A stretch of DNA of 64,000 nt from Candidatus Spyradocola sp. (GCA_034113365.1 JAXEXP010000039.1:13988-77987), one strand, 5' to 3'. Positions 27,366 to 35,916 are shown, counted from the first letter of the stretch. A program made the numbers and translations. Notes: a model not told the origin generated them from the letters alone.

Positions 27366-27950
27366 TTATGCGGGCTGGTATTCGACGTCAAGCTGGGCGG
27401 AGTGGAGCACATCGGCGGGGTCGCAGCGCAGGTCGAGCCACTGATCCTGCGCGGGCTTGGGCAGCAGCACCGGCATGCGGTCGTGGATGAAGGCGATGGC
27501 GGGGGCGGGCTCGCGGGTCAGGATCAGGAACTCCGGCTGCCCCTCCCGGATGCGGTAGATGCCCGCCATATAGATCATGCCGCACCCCGCCGCGCGGATC
27601 GCGTACTTGGTCCTTGCCTTGCCGCGGCGCTCCCATTCAAAGTAGCTGCTCGCGGGGATCAGGCAGCGGCGCTGCAGCATGCCGTCGCGGAACAGCGGCT
27701 TTTCCGCGGCCGTCTCGCTCCGCGCGTTGATGAGCACATGGCTGTCCCGCCGCCCATAGCCCCAGCGCATCGGGAACACCGCGCGCTCCATGCTGCGGCT
27801 GTTGGCCACCACGGGCACGGTGTCGGTGGGGAAGATCTCGCCGCAGGTCTTGACCGGGGCGTCGGCGGGCTTGCGCCGGTTGAGCATCCCGATGAGGGAC
27901 CGCAGCTCCTCGTCCGAGTCCTCCTCCGCGATGAAAAAGCGTCCGCACAT
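27366..27950 (-). CDS. SOS-response-associated peptidase (SRAP/YedK/HMCES family)
   Basis: Begins MCGRFF (catalytic Cys2). Contains NARSET and the C-terminal IHDRMPVLL motif. 194 aa from the ATG at the complement of 27948-27950. Confidence 0.9.
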   Translation of the reverse strand: MCGRFFIAEEDSDEELRSLIGMLNRRKPADAPVKTCGEIFPTDTVPVVANSRSMERAVFPMRWGYGRRDSHVLINARSETAAEKPLFRDGMLQRRCLIPASSYFEWERRGKARTKYAIRAAGCGMIYMAGIYRIREGQPEFLILTREPAPAIAFIHDRMPVLLPKPAQDQWLDLRCDPADVLHSAQLDVEYQPA

Positions 27951-28184
27951 GATGATCCTCCTTTGCAGTACAAACGGGAAAAGCGTTTCGGCGGCAGTCC
28001 GCGCCGCAACGGCGTGGCCCCGCAAACGGCGGGGGCGGGATGACAGGAACGCCTGTTTTTTGCATTGTAGCATACCCCGCGCCGCCTGTAAAGGGAAGAA
28101 AGATGCGGGCTCCGCTGCCGGAAGGGAGAAAAGGGCCGGACGGAAAGAGCGAGCCTGTGCGGGCAGGCGGATAGGGGGCGATAT

Positions 28185-28916
28185 AGTTTGTCCGAAAAGG
28201 TTTGGTGGGATGCGAGGGGTGTGTTTCAGTGCGTCTGGGGCGTGGGCTGGAGCTTGACGGACACCTCATCAGTCGCCTGCGGGCGCCAGCTTATTGCGCA
28301 CCGAACCAGCCGTTCCGGCTGTTCCGGTGTTCCGCATGGCTTATTCTCCAGAAACAGTCCACCGGACTGTTTCTTCCGAAACGCTCATGCTTCAGGGCTT
28401 CGCCCCTCCATAAGCGCACTGTGCTTCCCCTTCGGGAAAGCCCGGTGTTCCGGTCGGCTAATTTTCCGAAAACAGTCCACCGGACTGTTTTCTCCAAAAC
28501 GCTTGACCTTCAGGGCTTCGCCCCTCCGTAGGCGCACCGAAACAGTCCTTCGGCCTGTTCCGGTGTTCCGGTCGGCTTATTTTCCAGAAACAGTCCACAG
28601 GACTGTTTCTTCCAAAACGATCGACCTCCAGGGCTTCGCCCCTCCGGGTGAACCTTCAAGGGGAAGCCGAGGGCTGCACGCCGTTGTTTTCTGCGTAGTT
28701 TTTCGGCAGTCCGAAGCAACCACGAAGGGGCCACACAGTTTGCCCCAAAAGGATTGGTGGAAATACGCGGGGTGTGTTTTAGTGCGTCTGGGGAGGGGGT
28801 GGTGCTGGACTAACACCTCATCAGTCGCCTGCGGGCGACAGCTTCCCCTCAAGGGGAAGCCTTGGGTTTTTCTGCGTGGTTGTTCGGTAGCTTGACGCAG
28901 CCCCAAAGGGGTCGCC
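28185..28916. repeat. Composite nested intergenic repeat block (three repeat families)
   Basis: Family C has copies at 28185-28292 and 28737-28844; both contain GGGGTGTGTTT.AGTGCGTCTGGGG and ACACCTCATCAGTCGCCTGCGGGCG.CAGCTT. Family B has copies at about 28653-28733 and 28845-28916 (CAAGGGGAAGCC...TTTTCTGCGT.GTT.TTCGG). Between them lies a 3 x 118-bp tandem array, listed separately. Confidence 0.85.
28296..28649. repeat. Tandem repeat, 3 copies with an exact 118-bp period
   Basis: Units start at 28296, 28414 and 28532. Each has a variable 5' hairpin. The conserved part is CGGTGTTCCG, then the hairpin GAAACAGTCCACCGGACTGTTTC, and it ends CAGGGCTTCGCCCCTCC. Confidence 0.9.
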
Positions 28917-28955
28917 ATGGATCGTCAGCAAGCGGGCAGGAGGGCGTGGAGGGGG

Positions 28956-29657
28956 TCATTCCACCTTCAGCATGCGGTACCCTACGCCGATGTGCGTCTG
29001 GATGTACTGCGGCGAATCGGGCGTGGGCTCCAGCTTTTTGCGCAGCGTCGCCATGAACACGCGCAGCGAGGCCACGTCGTTTTCCCAGCTGCGGCCCCAG
29101 ATGTTCTGCGTGATGAAGGTGTGCGTCAGCACCTTGCCCACGTTCTGCGACAGCAGGCACAGCAGCTTGTACTCAATGGGCGTCAGATGCAGCTCCTGCC
29201 CGTCCAGGTAGGCGCAGCCCCCGGCGTAATCCACGCGGAGCTTGCCGTTGACGAACACCGAGCCCGCCGTCAGGCTCTCGGCGGACATGTAGGACAGCCT
29301 GCGCTGCGTCACGCGCAGCCGGGCCAGCAGCTCCTCCACCGAGAAGGGCTTGGTCAGGTAGTCGTCCGCGCCGGCGTCCAGCGCCTCGATCTTGTCCGCG
29401 TCCTCGCTGCGCGCGCTGATGACGATGATGGGCAGGTTGGACCAGGAGCGGATATTGCGGATCACCTGCACGCCGTCCATGTCGGGCAGGCCCAGGTCCA
29501 GCAGCACGATGCTGGGGTTGTGCGACGAGGCCTCCAGTATGGCCGACTCGCCGTTTGCCGCCACCAGATAGCGGTAGTCGTTCGCCTTGAGCGTGGTGGT
29601 GATGAGGTTGCGCACCGGAGGGTCGTCCTCCACCACCAGGATCAGCGTTTTATTCAT
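28956..29657 (-). CDS. kdpE: OmpR-family response regulator KdpE
   Basis: 233 aa, MNKTLILVVEDDPPVRNLI...LLDLGLPDMDGVQVI...DDYLTKPF, plus a winged-helix C-terminus (IQTHIGVGYRM). It overlaps kdpD by 8 nt. Confidence 0.9.
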   Translation of the reverse strand: MNKTLILVVEDDPPVRNLITTTLKANDYRYLVAANGESAILEASSHNPSIVLLDLGLPDMDGVQVIRNIRSWSNLPIIVISARSEDADKIEALDAGADDYLTKPFSVEELLARLRVTQRRLSYMSAESLTAGSVFVNGKLRVDYAGGCAYLDGQELHLTPIEYKLLCLLSQNVGKVLTHTFITQNIWGRSWENDVASLRVFMATLRKKLEPTPDSPQYIQTHIGVGYRMLKVE

Positions 29658-32277
29658 GCAGCTCTACCTCCCCTGCGGGCACCGTAAAGGTAAACACCGC
29701 GCCCTGCGGCACGTTGTCCGTCACCGCGATGGTCCCGCCGTGCGCCGTGACGATGGTCCTGCACAGCGACAGCCCCAGCCCCAGGCTCCTGCGGCTGTCC
29801 GCCACCTGGTTGGCCCCGCTGTAAAACATGTCGAACACCCGCTTTTTCTGCTCGTCCGGGATGCCCGGGCCGTTGTCGGCCACCGAGACCTCCACCCATT
29901 TGTCCCTTTTCTGCATGCAGATCTCGATCACAGAGCCCGCGGGCGTGTATTTGATGGCGTTGTCCACCAGGTTGATGAGCAGCTGCACGATGAGCTTGAC
30001 GTCGATCTGCGCCAGGATCAGCTCCTGCGCGCTGCGCACGCGGATGGTGTGCTCGCACTTCCGGCGGTTGATGTGCCGCAGCGCCTCGGCCACCACCTCG
30101 TCCATCAGCTCCACCGAGCGGTTGAGGCTCACCTGCCCGCCCTCGATGCGCGTGACGGCCAGCAGGTTCTCCACCAGGTTGATCAGCCACATGGAGTCGT
30201 CGTAGATGTCCGTGAAGGTCTGCTCGCGCGTCTCGTCGTCCATCTTGGCGTAGTTGACCATCAGGTTGCTCGCGCTGCCCGAGATGGAGGTCAGCGGCGT
30301 GCGCAGGTCGTGCGAGATGGCGCGCAGCAGGTTGGCGCGCAGCTGCTCGTTTTTGGCCAGCAGCGCCGCCTCCTCCTTCTCGCGCGCGTTGCGCAGGTTC
30401 TCCATCGCCAGCGCGCACTCACCCAGGATCGACAGCAGCACGCTGTTTTCAAAGGGATCCAGGTGACCGCCGTTCATGCAGATGCCCACCACGCCGTACA
30501 CCTGCCGGTTGACGCGGATGGCAAGATACAGGCACTTCGCGCCGGAGAAGGTGTCCGTGGTGGCGCCCGCGTGCTTGTTGTTGCGCAGCACCCACTCGGC
30601 CACGGCGCGCTCGCCCTCTGCGGTCAGGTCCTGCCCGCCGCTCTCCGCGGCGCGGTAGAGGCGCGGCTGCTCGAGCGAGGCGCCGCCGGAGGGGTAGACC
30701 ACCAGGTCGCGCCGCAGCAGCTTCATCAGCTGCTCTGCCGCCGCGTCGATCACCGCGGGCTCGTCGCCCGCCTTTTGCAGCAGCTGGTTGGTCTCAAACA
30801 GGATCCGGGTGCGGTAGGCCGCTCTGGCCGACTGCCGGGCGCTCTCCTTGAGCCGCGTGGCCAGAGAGCCCGTCAGCAGCGCCATCATGAACATGATGAC
30901 GAACGTCACCAGGTACCTCGGGTCATAGAAATTGAAGGTGTAGCGCGGGCTGGTGAAAAAGAAGTTGAACACAAGCACGTTCACCAGCGAGGAGAGCAGC
31001 CCGCACAGTTTGCTGCTGGTGATGACAGAGATCACCAGCACGCCGAAGATGTACACCGCCACGATGTTGGCCTCGGTAAAGCCCAGCGCGTCAAACGCGC
31101 CGCCCACCAGCGTCGCGGCCAGCAGCACCAGCAGGCTCTTGCCCACGTCCCGCGCCGTGATCGCCAGCACCTCGCCGCGCCTGCGCCCCGGCACGCGGTA
31201 GCTGCCCGCGCTGGCGTCGGGGATGACGTGGATGTCCAGATTGGGCGCCTGCGCGATGAGCCGCTCGGTCAGCGTGGGCTTGCCCAGCAGCCCGCGGCGC
31301 GTGGCCGTGCTGCGCCCGATCACGATCTTGGACACCCCCGACAGCCGCGCAAATTCCGCGATCTGGAAGGGCACGTCCTCGCCGTAGCTCGTCTCCACGG
31401 TCGCGCCCAGCTGCTGGGCCAGCCGCACGTTCTCGCGCAGCCGGTTTTTGTCCTCCTCGCTCATCGCCTCGCCGCCCGGCGTCTCCACGAACAGCGCCGT
31501 GAACGCCCCGCGGAAGGCCGTGGCCATGCGCGCCGCCGTGCGGATGATCTTGGCGTTGGAGGGGGAGGAGGACAGGCACACCAGGATGTGCTCGTCGGTG
31601 TGGTAGTCGCTGCGGCTCTGCATGCGCGCGCGCTCGGTCAGCAGATTGACGCGGTCGGCGCAGCGCCGCAGCGCCAGTTCGCGCAGCGCGGTCAGCTTTT
31701 CGACGGTGTACCCGTCCGCGGCCCGCGCGTCCCCGCCCGGCGCGCCGCCCCGCAGCCGCTCGAGCAGCTCCTCGGGCTCGATGTCCACCAGCTCCACCTG
31801 ATCGGCCTGGTCAAACGCCGAATCGGGGATGCGCTCGCCCACCTGCACGCCCGTGATGGAGGCCACCGTGTCGTTGAGGCTCTCGATGTGCTGCACGTTG
31901 ACCGTGGTGTAGACGTCGATGCCCGCCCGCAGCAGCTCCTGCACGTCCTGATAGCGCTTGGCGTGCCGGCTGCCCTCCGCGTTGGCGTGCGCCAGCTCGT
32001 CCACCAGGATCAGCTGCGGCCTGCGGCGCAGCGCCGCGTCCAGGTCGAATTCGCACAGCAGGCGGCCGCCGTGCAGCACCTGCCGCGCGGGCAGCTGCTC
32101 CAGTCCGCGCAGCAGCGCCGCGGTCTGCGGCCGCGCGTGCGGCCCGATGACGCCCACCGCCACGTCCGTCCCGCGCGCCCGGGCCTGCTGCGCCGCCTCC
32201 AGCATCGCATAGGTCTTGCCCACGCCCGCCGCGTAGCCAAAGAATATCTTGAGCTTGCCCCGGCCCTCACTGCCCAT
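29650..32277 (-). CDS. kdpD: Sensor histidine kinase KdpD
   Basis: 875 aa. N-terminal KdpD domain with a P-loop (LKIFFGYAAGVGKTYAML), a USP-like region, four TM helices, a GAF-like segment, H-box ISHDLRTPLTSI and an HATPase_c domain. Confidence 0.92.
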   Translation of the reverse strand: MGSEGRGKLKIFFGYAAGVGKTYAMLEAAQQARARGTDVAVGVIGPHARPQTAALLRGLEQLPARQVLHGGRLLCEFDLDAALRRRPQLILVDELAHANAEGSRHAKRYQDVQELLRAGIDVYTTVNVQHIESLNDTVASITGVQVGERIPDSAFDQADQVELVDIEPEELLERLRGGAPGGDARAADGYTVEKLTALRELALRRCADRVNLLTERARMQSRSDYHTDEHILVCLSSSPSNAKIIRTAARMATAFRGAFTALFVETPGGEAMSEEDKNRLRENVRLAQQLGATVETSYGEDVPFQIAEFARLSGVSKIVIGRSTATRRGLLGKPTLTERLIAQAPNLDIHVIPDASAGSYRVPGRRRGEVLAITARDVGKSLLVLLAATLVGGAFDALGFTEANIVAVYIFGVLVISVITSSKLCGLLSSLVNVLVFNFFFTSPRYTFNFYDPRYLVTFVIMFMMALLTGSLATRLKESARQSARAAYRTRILFETNQLLQKAGDEPAVIDAAAEQLMKLLRRDLVVYPSGGASLEQPRLYRAAESGGQDLTAEGERAVAEWVLRNNKHAGATTDTFSGAKCLYLAIRVNRQVYGVVGICMNGGHLDPFENSVLLSILGECALAMENLRNAREKEEAALLAKNEQLRANLLRAISHDLRTPLTSISGSASNLMVNYAKMDDETREQTFTDIYDDSMWLINLVENLLAVTRIEGGQVSLNRSVELMDEVVAEALRHINRRKCEHTIRVRSAQELILAQIDVKLIVQLLINLVDNAIKYTPAGSVIEICMQKRDKWVEVSVADNGPGIPDEQKKRVFDMFYSGANQVADSRRSLGLGLSLCRTIVTAHGGTIAVTDNVPQGAVFTFTVPAGEVELHE

Positions 32278-32331
32278 GTCCGCACCTCCCCGCGCTCAAG
32301 TGCCTATTATACCACATCGCGCCGCCGCACG

Positions 32332-32637
32332 CTATCTCCCGGCCCGCCACAGCAGCACCGCGCCGCGCGCCTGCCCCGAGCGCAGGAAGATGGCGTCCAG
32401 CCGCCCCGCATCCAGCGCCCGGCGCAGCTCCTGCTCCGACCCAATGTACAGACGGACCTCCCCCAGCAGCCCGCACAGCGCGTCCGCGTCCAGCCCGCGC
32501 TCCACGCCCAGCCGCAGGCCCGCCGCCTCCGGCTCCTGCGGCGCGCTGCCCTTGAGCAGCCTGTCCAGCCGCGCCATAAAAAACCAGACGCCCGCCAGCA
32601 CCGCCGCCAGCGCCGCGATCCAGATCAGGTCCCGCAT
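32332..32637 (-). CDS. Small membrane-anchored hypothetical protein (101 aa)
   Basis: I prefer the ATG at 32637 (AGGAGG 7 nt upstream) to the track's GTG at 32643. It reads MRDLIWIAALAAVLAGVWFFM (one TM helix), then a ~75-aa soluble domain. It sits between ktrA and kdpD. Confidence 0.6.
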   Translation of the reverse strand: MRDLIWIAALAAVLAGVWFFMARLDRLLKGSAPQEPEAAGLRLGVERGLDADALCGLLGEVRLYIGSEQELRRALDAGRLDAIFLRSGQARGAVLLWRAGR

Positions 32638-32671
32638 GATCACCCCTCCTGCCCTGTTTCGCCTGCCGCCG

Positions 32672-33319
32672 TCAGGTGTGGAAGCACCGCTGCAGATCCT
32701 TGTTGCGCCCCAGCACCAGCATGACCTCGCCCTCGTGGAGCACCACGTCCGGCGACAGGGACAGCGCCAGCTTGCCGTCCTTCTTTACGCCCATGATGTT
32801 GATGTTATACTTTTTGCGGATATCGATCTGCCCGATGGTGCGGCCTGCCCACGCCTTGGGCACCGCCAGCTCGAACATGCCGTGCTCCTCGTCCAGCTCC
32901 ACATAGCCCAGGATGTGGTCCGAGCTGTACCGGATGGCGGTCCAGCGCGCCAGCTGCTTTTCGGGGTAGACCACCTCGTCCGCGCCGTTTTTGAGCAGAA
33001 AGCGCTCCTGCACGTCGCTCTTTGCGCGCGACACCACAAGCCGGGCGCCCAGCTCCTTGAGCAGCGCCGTCGTCTCCAGCGAGCACTGGAAGTCCGTGGC
33101 CACCGTGACGATGCACACGTCGTAGTTGCGCACGCCCAGCGACTCCATGAACGCCGCGTTGGTGCAGTCGCCGATCTGCGCGTTGGTGACAAAGGGCAGC
33201 ACCGCCTCGACGCGGTCCTCCGCGCTGTCCACCGCCATCACCTGATGCCCCAGGTGGTTCAGGTGCATCGCGATGTGCCGCCCGAAGCGCCCCAGCCCGA
33301 TCAAAAGTATGGTTTTCAT
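32672..33319 (-). CDS. ktrA: Potassium uptake protein KtrA/TrkA (RCK domain)
   Basis: Starts at MKTILLIGLGRFGRHIA (Rossmann GxGxxG), with GAGGAG 7 nt upstream. It has a C-terminal RCK_C domain. 215 aa. Confidence 0.9.
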   Translation of the reverse strand: MKTILLIGLGRFGRHIAMHLNHLGHQVMAVDSAEDRVEAVLPFVTNAQIGDCTNAAFMESLGVRNYDVCIVTVATDFQCSLETTALLKELGARLVVSRAKSDVQERFLLKNGADEVVYPEKQLARWTAIRYSSDHILGYVELDEEHGMFELAVPKAWAGRTIGQIDIRKKYNINIMGVKKDGKLALSLSPDVVLHEGEVMLVLGRNKDLQRCFHT

Positions 33320-33330
33320 GTTGCTTCTCC

Positions 33331-34668
33331 TCATCCTACCGTGATCTTCTCCTTTGGCAGCTTGGATAGGTTGTGCTGCTGCACGCCGATGCGCGCCGCG
33401 AACACCAGCGTCAGCCCGCCGACCCGGCCCATGAACATCAGCATCGTCAGGATCAGCTTGGACAGCCGCCCCAGCCCCGGCGTGATGCCCATGGACAGGC
33501 CCACCGTGCCCACTGCCGACGCCGTCTCAAACAGGCAGGTCAGCATGGGCAGCCCCTCGATCAGGCTGATGACCAGCCCGCCGACAAACACCAGCACCAG
33601 GTACATCAGCAGCACGGTGGCCGCGTTCCGGACCACGTCCTCGTCCACCCTGCGGCCGAAAAAGTGCGTGTACTTCTGCCGGCCGAAGGTGGATACCGCC
33701 GTGCCCAGCAGCACCGCGGCGGTGGTGGTCTTCATGCCGCCCGCCGTGGAGCCCGGGCTGCCGCCGATGAGCATCAGCACGATGACCAGGTACTGCCCCG
33801 CCTCGCTCAGCCCTGACAGGTTCACCGTGTTGAAGCCCGCCGTGCGCGGCGTCACCGCCTGAAACAGCGAGATCAGCACGCGGTTCTTCACCGGCACGGC
33901 GTCAAACTCCAGAAAGAAAAAATACGCCGCCGGAAGGATGAGCAGCAGCGCCGTCATGCACAGGATCACCTTGCTCTGCATCCGGTAGCGGCGCAGGTGC
34001 AGCCCGTTGGTGCGCACGTCGTCCCAGGTCATAAAGCCGATGCCGCCCATCAGGATGAGCAGCATGATCGTGAGATTGATCACGGGCTCCTGCGCGTAGC
34101 TGGTCAGCGAGGAATAGGCCCTGCGCGTGCCCATCAGGTCAAAGCCCGCGTTGCAGAACGCCGACACCGCGTGGAACAGCGCCATCCACAGCCCGCGCGC
34201 CCCGAAATCCCGCACGAACACCGGCGCCATCACCGCCGCGCCCAGCAGCTCGGCGCACAGCGTGGTGCGGATGATGAACCCCGTCAGCCGCACGATGCCG
34301 CCTACCTTGGAGGCGGAGATGGCCTCCTGCATGGTGCTGCGCTGCATCAGCGAGATCTTGCGGCCCGAGATGATGGCAAAGGACGCCGCCACCGTGATCA
34401 CGCCCATGCCGCCGATCTGGATCAGCAGCAGGATCACCGCCTGCCCAAAGGGCGACCAGTAGGTCGCGGTGTCGTGCACCACAAGGCCCGTGACGCACAC
34501 CGCGGACGTCGCGGTGAACAGCGCGTCGCCAAAGCTCGCCGGCACGCCTGCCCGCCGCGCGATGGGCAGCATCAGCAGCAGCGTCCCCAGTAGGATCACT
34601 GCGGAAAATCCCAATATGATGATCTGAAACGATGTCAGCTTCCTGTTTCTGTGAAGCATCAGGTCCAT
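33331..34668 (-). CDS. ktrB: Potassium uptake membrane subunit KtrB/TrkH
   Basis: TrkH-family polytopic protein (TATSAVCVTGL, IQIGGMGV, RTAGFN, IGGSPGSTAGGMKT). I start at MDLMLH (AAGGGG 7 nt upstream). The track start at 34716 is 16 codons longer. Confidence 0.88.
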   Translation of the reverse strand: MDLMLHRNRKLTSFQIIILGFSAVILLGTLLLMLPIARRAGVPASFGDALFTATSAVCVTGLVVHDTATYWSPFGQAVILLLIQIGGMGVITVAASFAIISGRKISLMQRSTMQEAISASKVGGIVRLTGFIIRTTLCAELLGAAVMAPVFVRDFGARGLWMALFHAVSAFCNAGFDLMGTRRAYSSLTSYAQEPVINLTIMLLILMGGIGFMTWDDVRTNGLHLRRYRMQSKVILCMTALLLILPAAYFFFLEFDAVPVKNRVLISLFQAVTPRTAGFNTVNLSGLSEAGQYLVIVLMLIGGSPGSTAGGMKTTTAAVLLGTAVSTFGRQKYTHFFGRRVDEDVVRNAATVLLMYLVLVFVGGLVISLIEGLPMLTCLFETASAVGTVGLSMGITPGLGRLSKLILTMLMFMGRVGGLTLVFAARIGVQQHNLSKLPKEKITVG

Positions 34669-34905
34669 TCGCGTACCCCTTTGCGCCTCTGTATTGGCTC
34701 TTAATGATACGGCCAAACAGCTAAAGAAAGTGAAAGAATCTTGCCGCGCGCATTAAGAACGTCTAAAGATGCCCGCCCGGGCGGGGGCAAGGGGCACATC
34801 CATCCCACCGTCGCGGATCGCGCCCTGGGAAGGGCTTGCAAACCTTTTCGGATGCGAAGGAGCGTCATTCGGCGCTGTTTTTATGGGTCAAAACAAGGCG
34901 ACCGA

Positions 34906-34934
34906 TTGACCGGGATGTCATCAGGAATTATAAT
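34906..34934 (+). promoter_or_regulatory. Near-consensus sigma-A promoter facing def
   Basis: TTGACC (34906-34911), exactly 17 nt, TATAAT (34929-34934). The overlapping ATTATA (34927-34932) also reads TATAAT on the minus strand, towards ktrB. Confidence 0.6.
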
Positions 34935-35297
34935 AACAGCGCAGAAACACGCATTCGGGAGGAGGCCCCTCGCATTTTGGGGGATGGGGTGCAATGCCCT
35001 CGCGAAATCGCGGCCTCGCCCGTTGTCCTGCCGTCCGCCCCGGAAGTTCACCAGGTCGAAAGCGGCGCGATGGGGAAGGCCGCCGTGCCGGAACGATACA
35101 TAGCCTTCGGCGCAGAGGCGCCCAATCATGCCAACGACCGCATGAGCGCCACCGGCATCGCGCTGGCGGCCCTGCGATCTGCTCTATACAAGAGCGCGAA
35201 AGGGCAGAAGGACCTGCCATGGCGTTTGAGGATCAGAAGGAATACAGGGAATTCTGCATGCCGCCCCAATAAGCCGGGCACCAAGGAGGTACCGAAG

Positions 35298-35708
35298 ATG
35301 ATTCAACCCATTATGAAAGACCCGATTTTTCTGGCGCAGAAGTCCGCGCCTGCCACGGAACAGGATCTGCAGGCGGCCCGGGATCTGCTGGACACACTGA
35401 CCGCCCATAGGGACGGCTGCGTGGGCATGGCGGCCAACATGATCGGCGTTTCCAAGCGCATCATCGCCTTTGACAACGAGGGCAAGTACATGGTGATGTT
35501 CAACCCGGAGATCGTCAGGTGCGCGGAGCCCTACGAGGCGGAGGAGGGCTGCCTGTCCCTGCCCGGGACGCGGAAAGCCAGGCGCTATCGCTCCATCAAG
35601 GTCAAGTATCAGAATGAGCAGTTTCAAACCCGCCTAAAGACCTTCACCGGCTGGACGGCCCAGATCATCCAGCACGAGATCGACCATTGCAGCGGGGTGC
35701 TGATCTGA
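35298..35708 (+). CDS. def: Peptide deformylase
   Basis: Internal ATG at 35298 (AAGGAGG 8 nt upstream). 136 aa with the three Def motifs: GVGMAANMIG (G.GLAA.Q-like), EGCLSLPG and QHEIDHCSG. Confidence 0.9.
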   Translation: MIQPIMKDPIFLAQKSAPATEQDLQAARDLLDTLTAHRDGCVGMAANMIGVSKRIIAFDNEGKYMVMFNPEIVRCAEPYEAEEGCLSLPGTRKARRYRSIKVKYQNEQFQTRLKTFTGWTAQIIQHEIDHCSGVLI

Positions 35709-35875
35709 GCCGCATCGAACCAGCCGAACAGGCCCGGCCGTTTGCATTGCAAGCCCCCAAGTCCCGTGATTTCCGGTGCCAGCGGATGTCCGCGGCAGAT
35801 TCAGGTCTGGATGGCGTCAAGCCACGCCTGCGCCATCCCTTTCGGCATCCCAATGCCGATGCCCTCTGCCTGAGC

Positions 35876-35916
35876 AAAAAGCTCCAATCAACCTGAAGGG
35901 TTGATTGGAGCTTTTT
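35876..35916. terminator. Bidirectional intrinsic terminator at the left edge of the low-G+C island
   Basis: AAAAAGCTCCAATCAACC-tgaag-GGTTGATTGGAGCTTTTT. The stem is perfect, with A5/T5 flanks. Confidence 0.8.

Noticed and set aside
28296-28649. Possible CRISPR array
   Set aside because: The period is 118 bp and most of each unit is conserved. There are no short repeats alternating with unique, similar-sized spacers, and no cas genes in the window.
28188-28895. 235-aa ORF running through the nested repeat block
   Set aside because: Its sequence simply re-reads the DNA repeats (RASPL, FRKQSTGLF, SSVACGRQL recur). It has no RBS and no family resemblance. Overlapping ORFs in other frames are equally open.
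29587-32724. 1045-aa plus-strand ORF, the longest in the track
   Set aside because: It is antisense to kdpD/kdpE, which have unmistakable domain motifs. Its product is Arg/Ala/Gly/Pro/His-rich, a low-complexity pattern typical of stop-free antisense frames in ~67 % G+C DNA.
34669-34940. c-di-AMP (ydaO/yuaA-type) riboswitch upstream of ktrB
   Set aside because: Only fragmentary similarity to the conserved cores that I can recall. The characteristic ACAGCUAA-containing 3' segment and the pseudo-twofold AAUC/ACGGRGGA pairs are not both present. It needs cmsearch. It is reported as a hypothesis inside a finding, not as a feature.
34941-35297. RNase P RNA, tmRNA, SRP RNA, T-box or cobalamin riboswitch in the def leader
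   Set aside because: The diagnostic strings are absent: no GAGGAAAGUCC, no tRNA-like 3' end or tag ORF, no SRP domain IV GGAA/AGCA symmetric loop, no T-box or B12-box. The CCCGGCUUAU-like string occurs on the wrong strand and at the wrong end for RNase P.
35709-35875. Possible C-terminal gene remnant on the minus strand (…AEGIGIGMPKGMAQAWLDAIQT*) at the island border
   Set aside because: It is only about 25 codons, with no start and no recognisable family. It is too short to support a pseudogene call.
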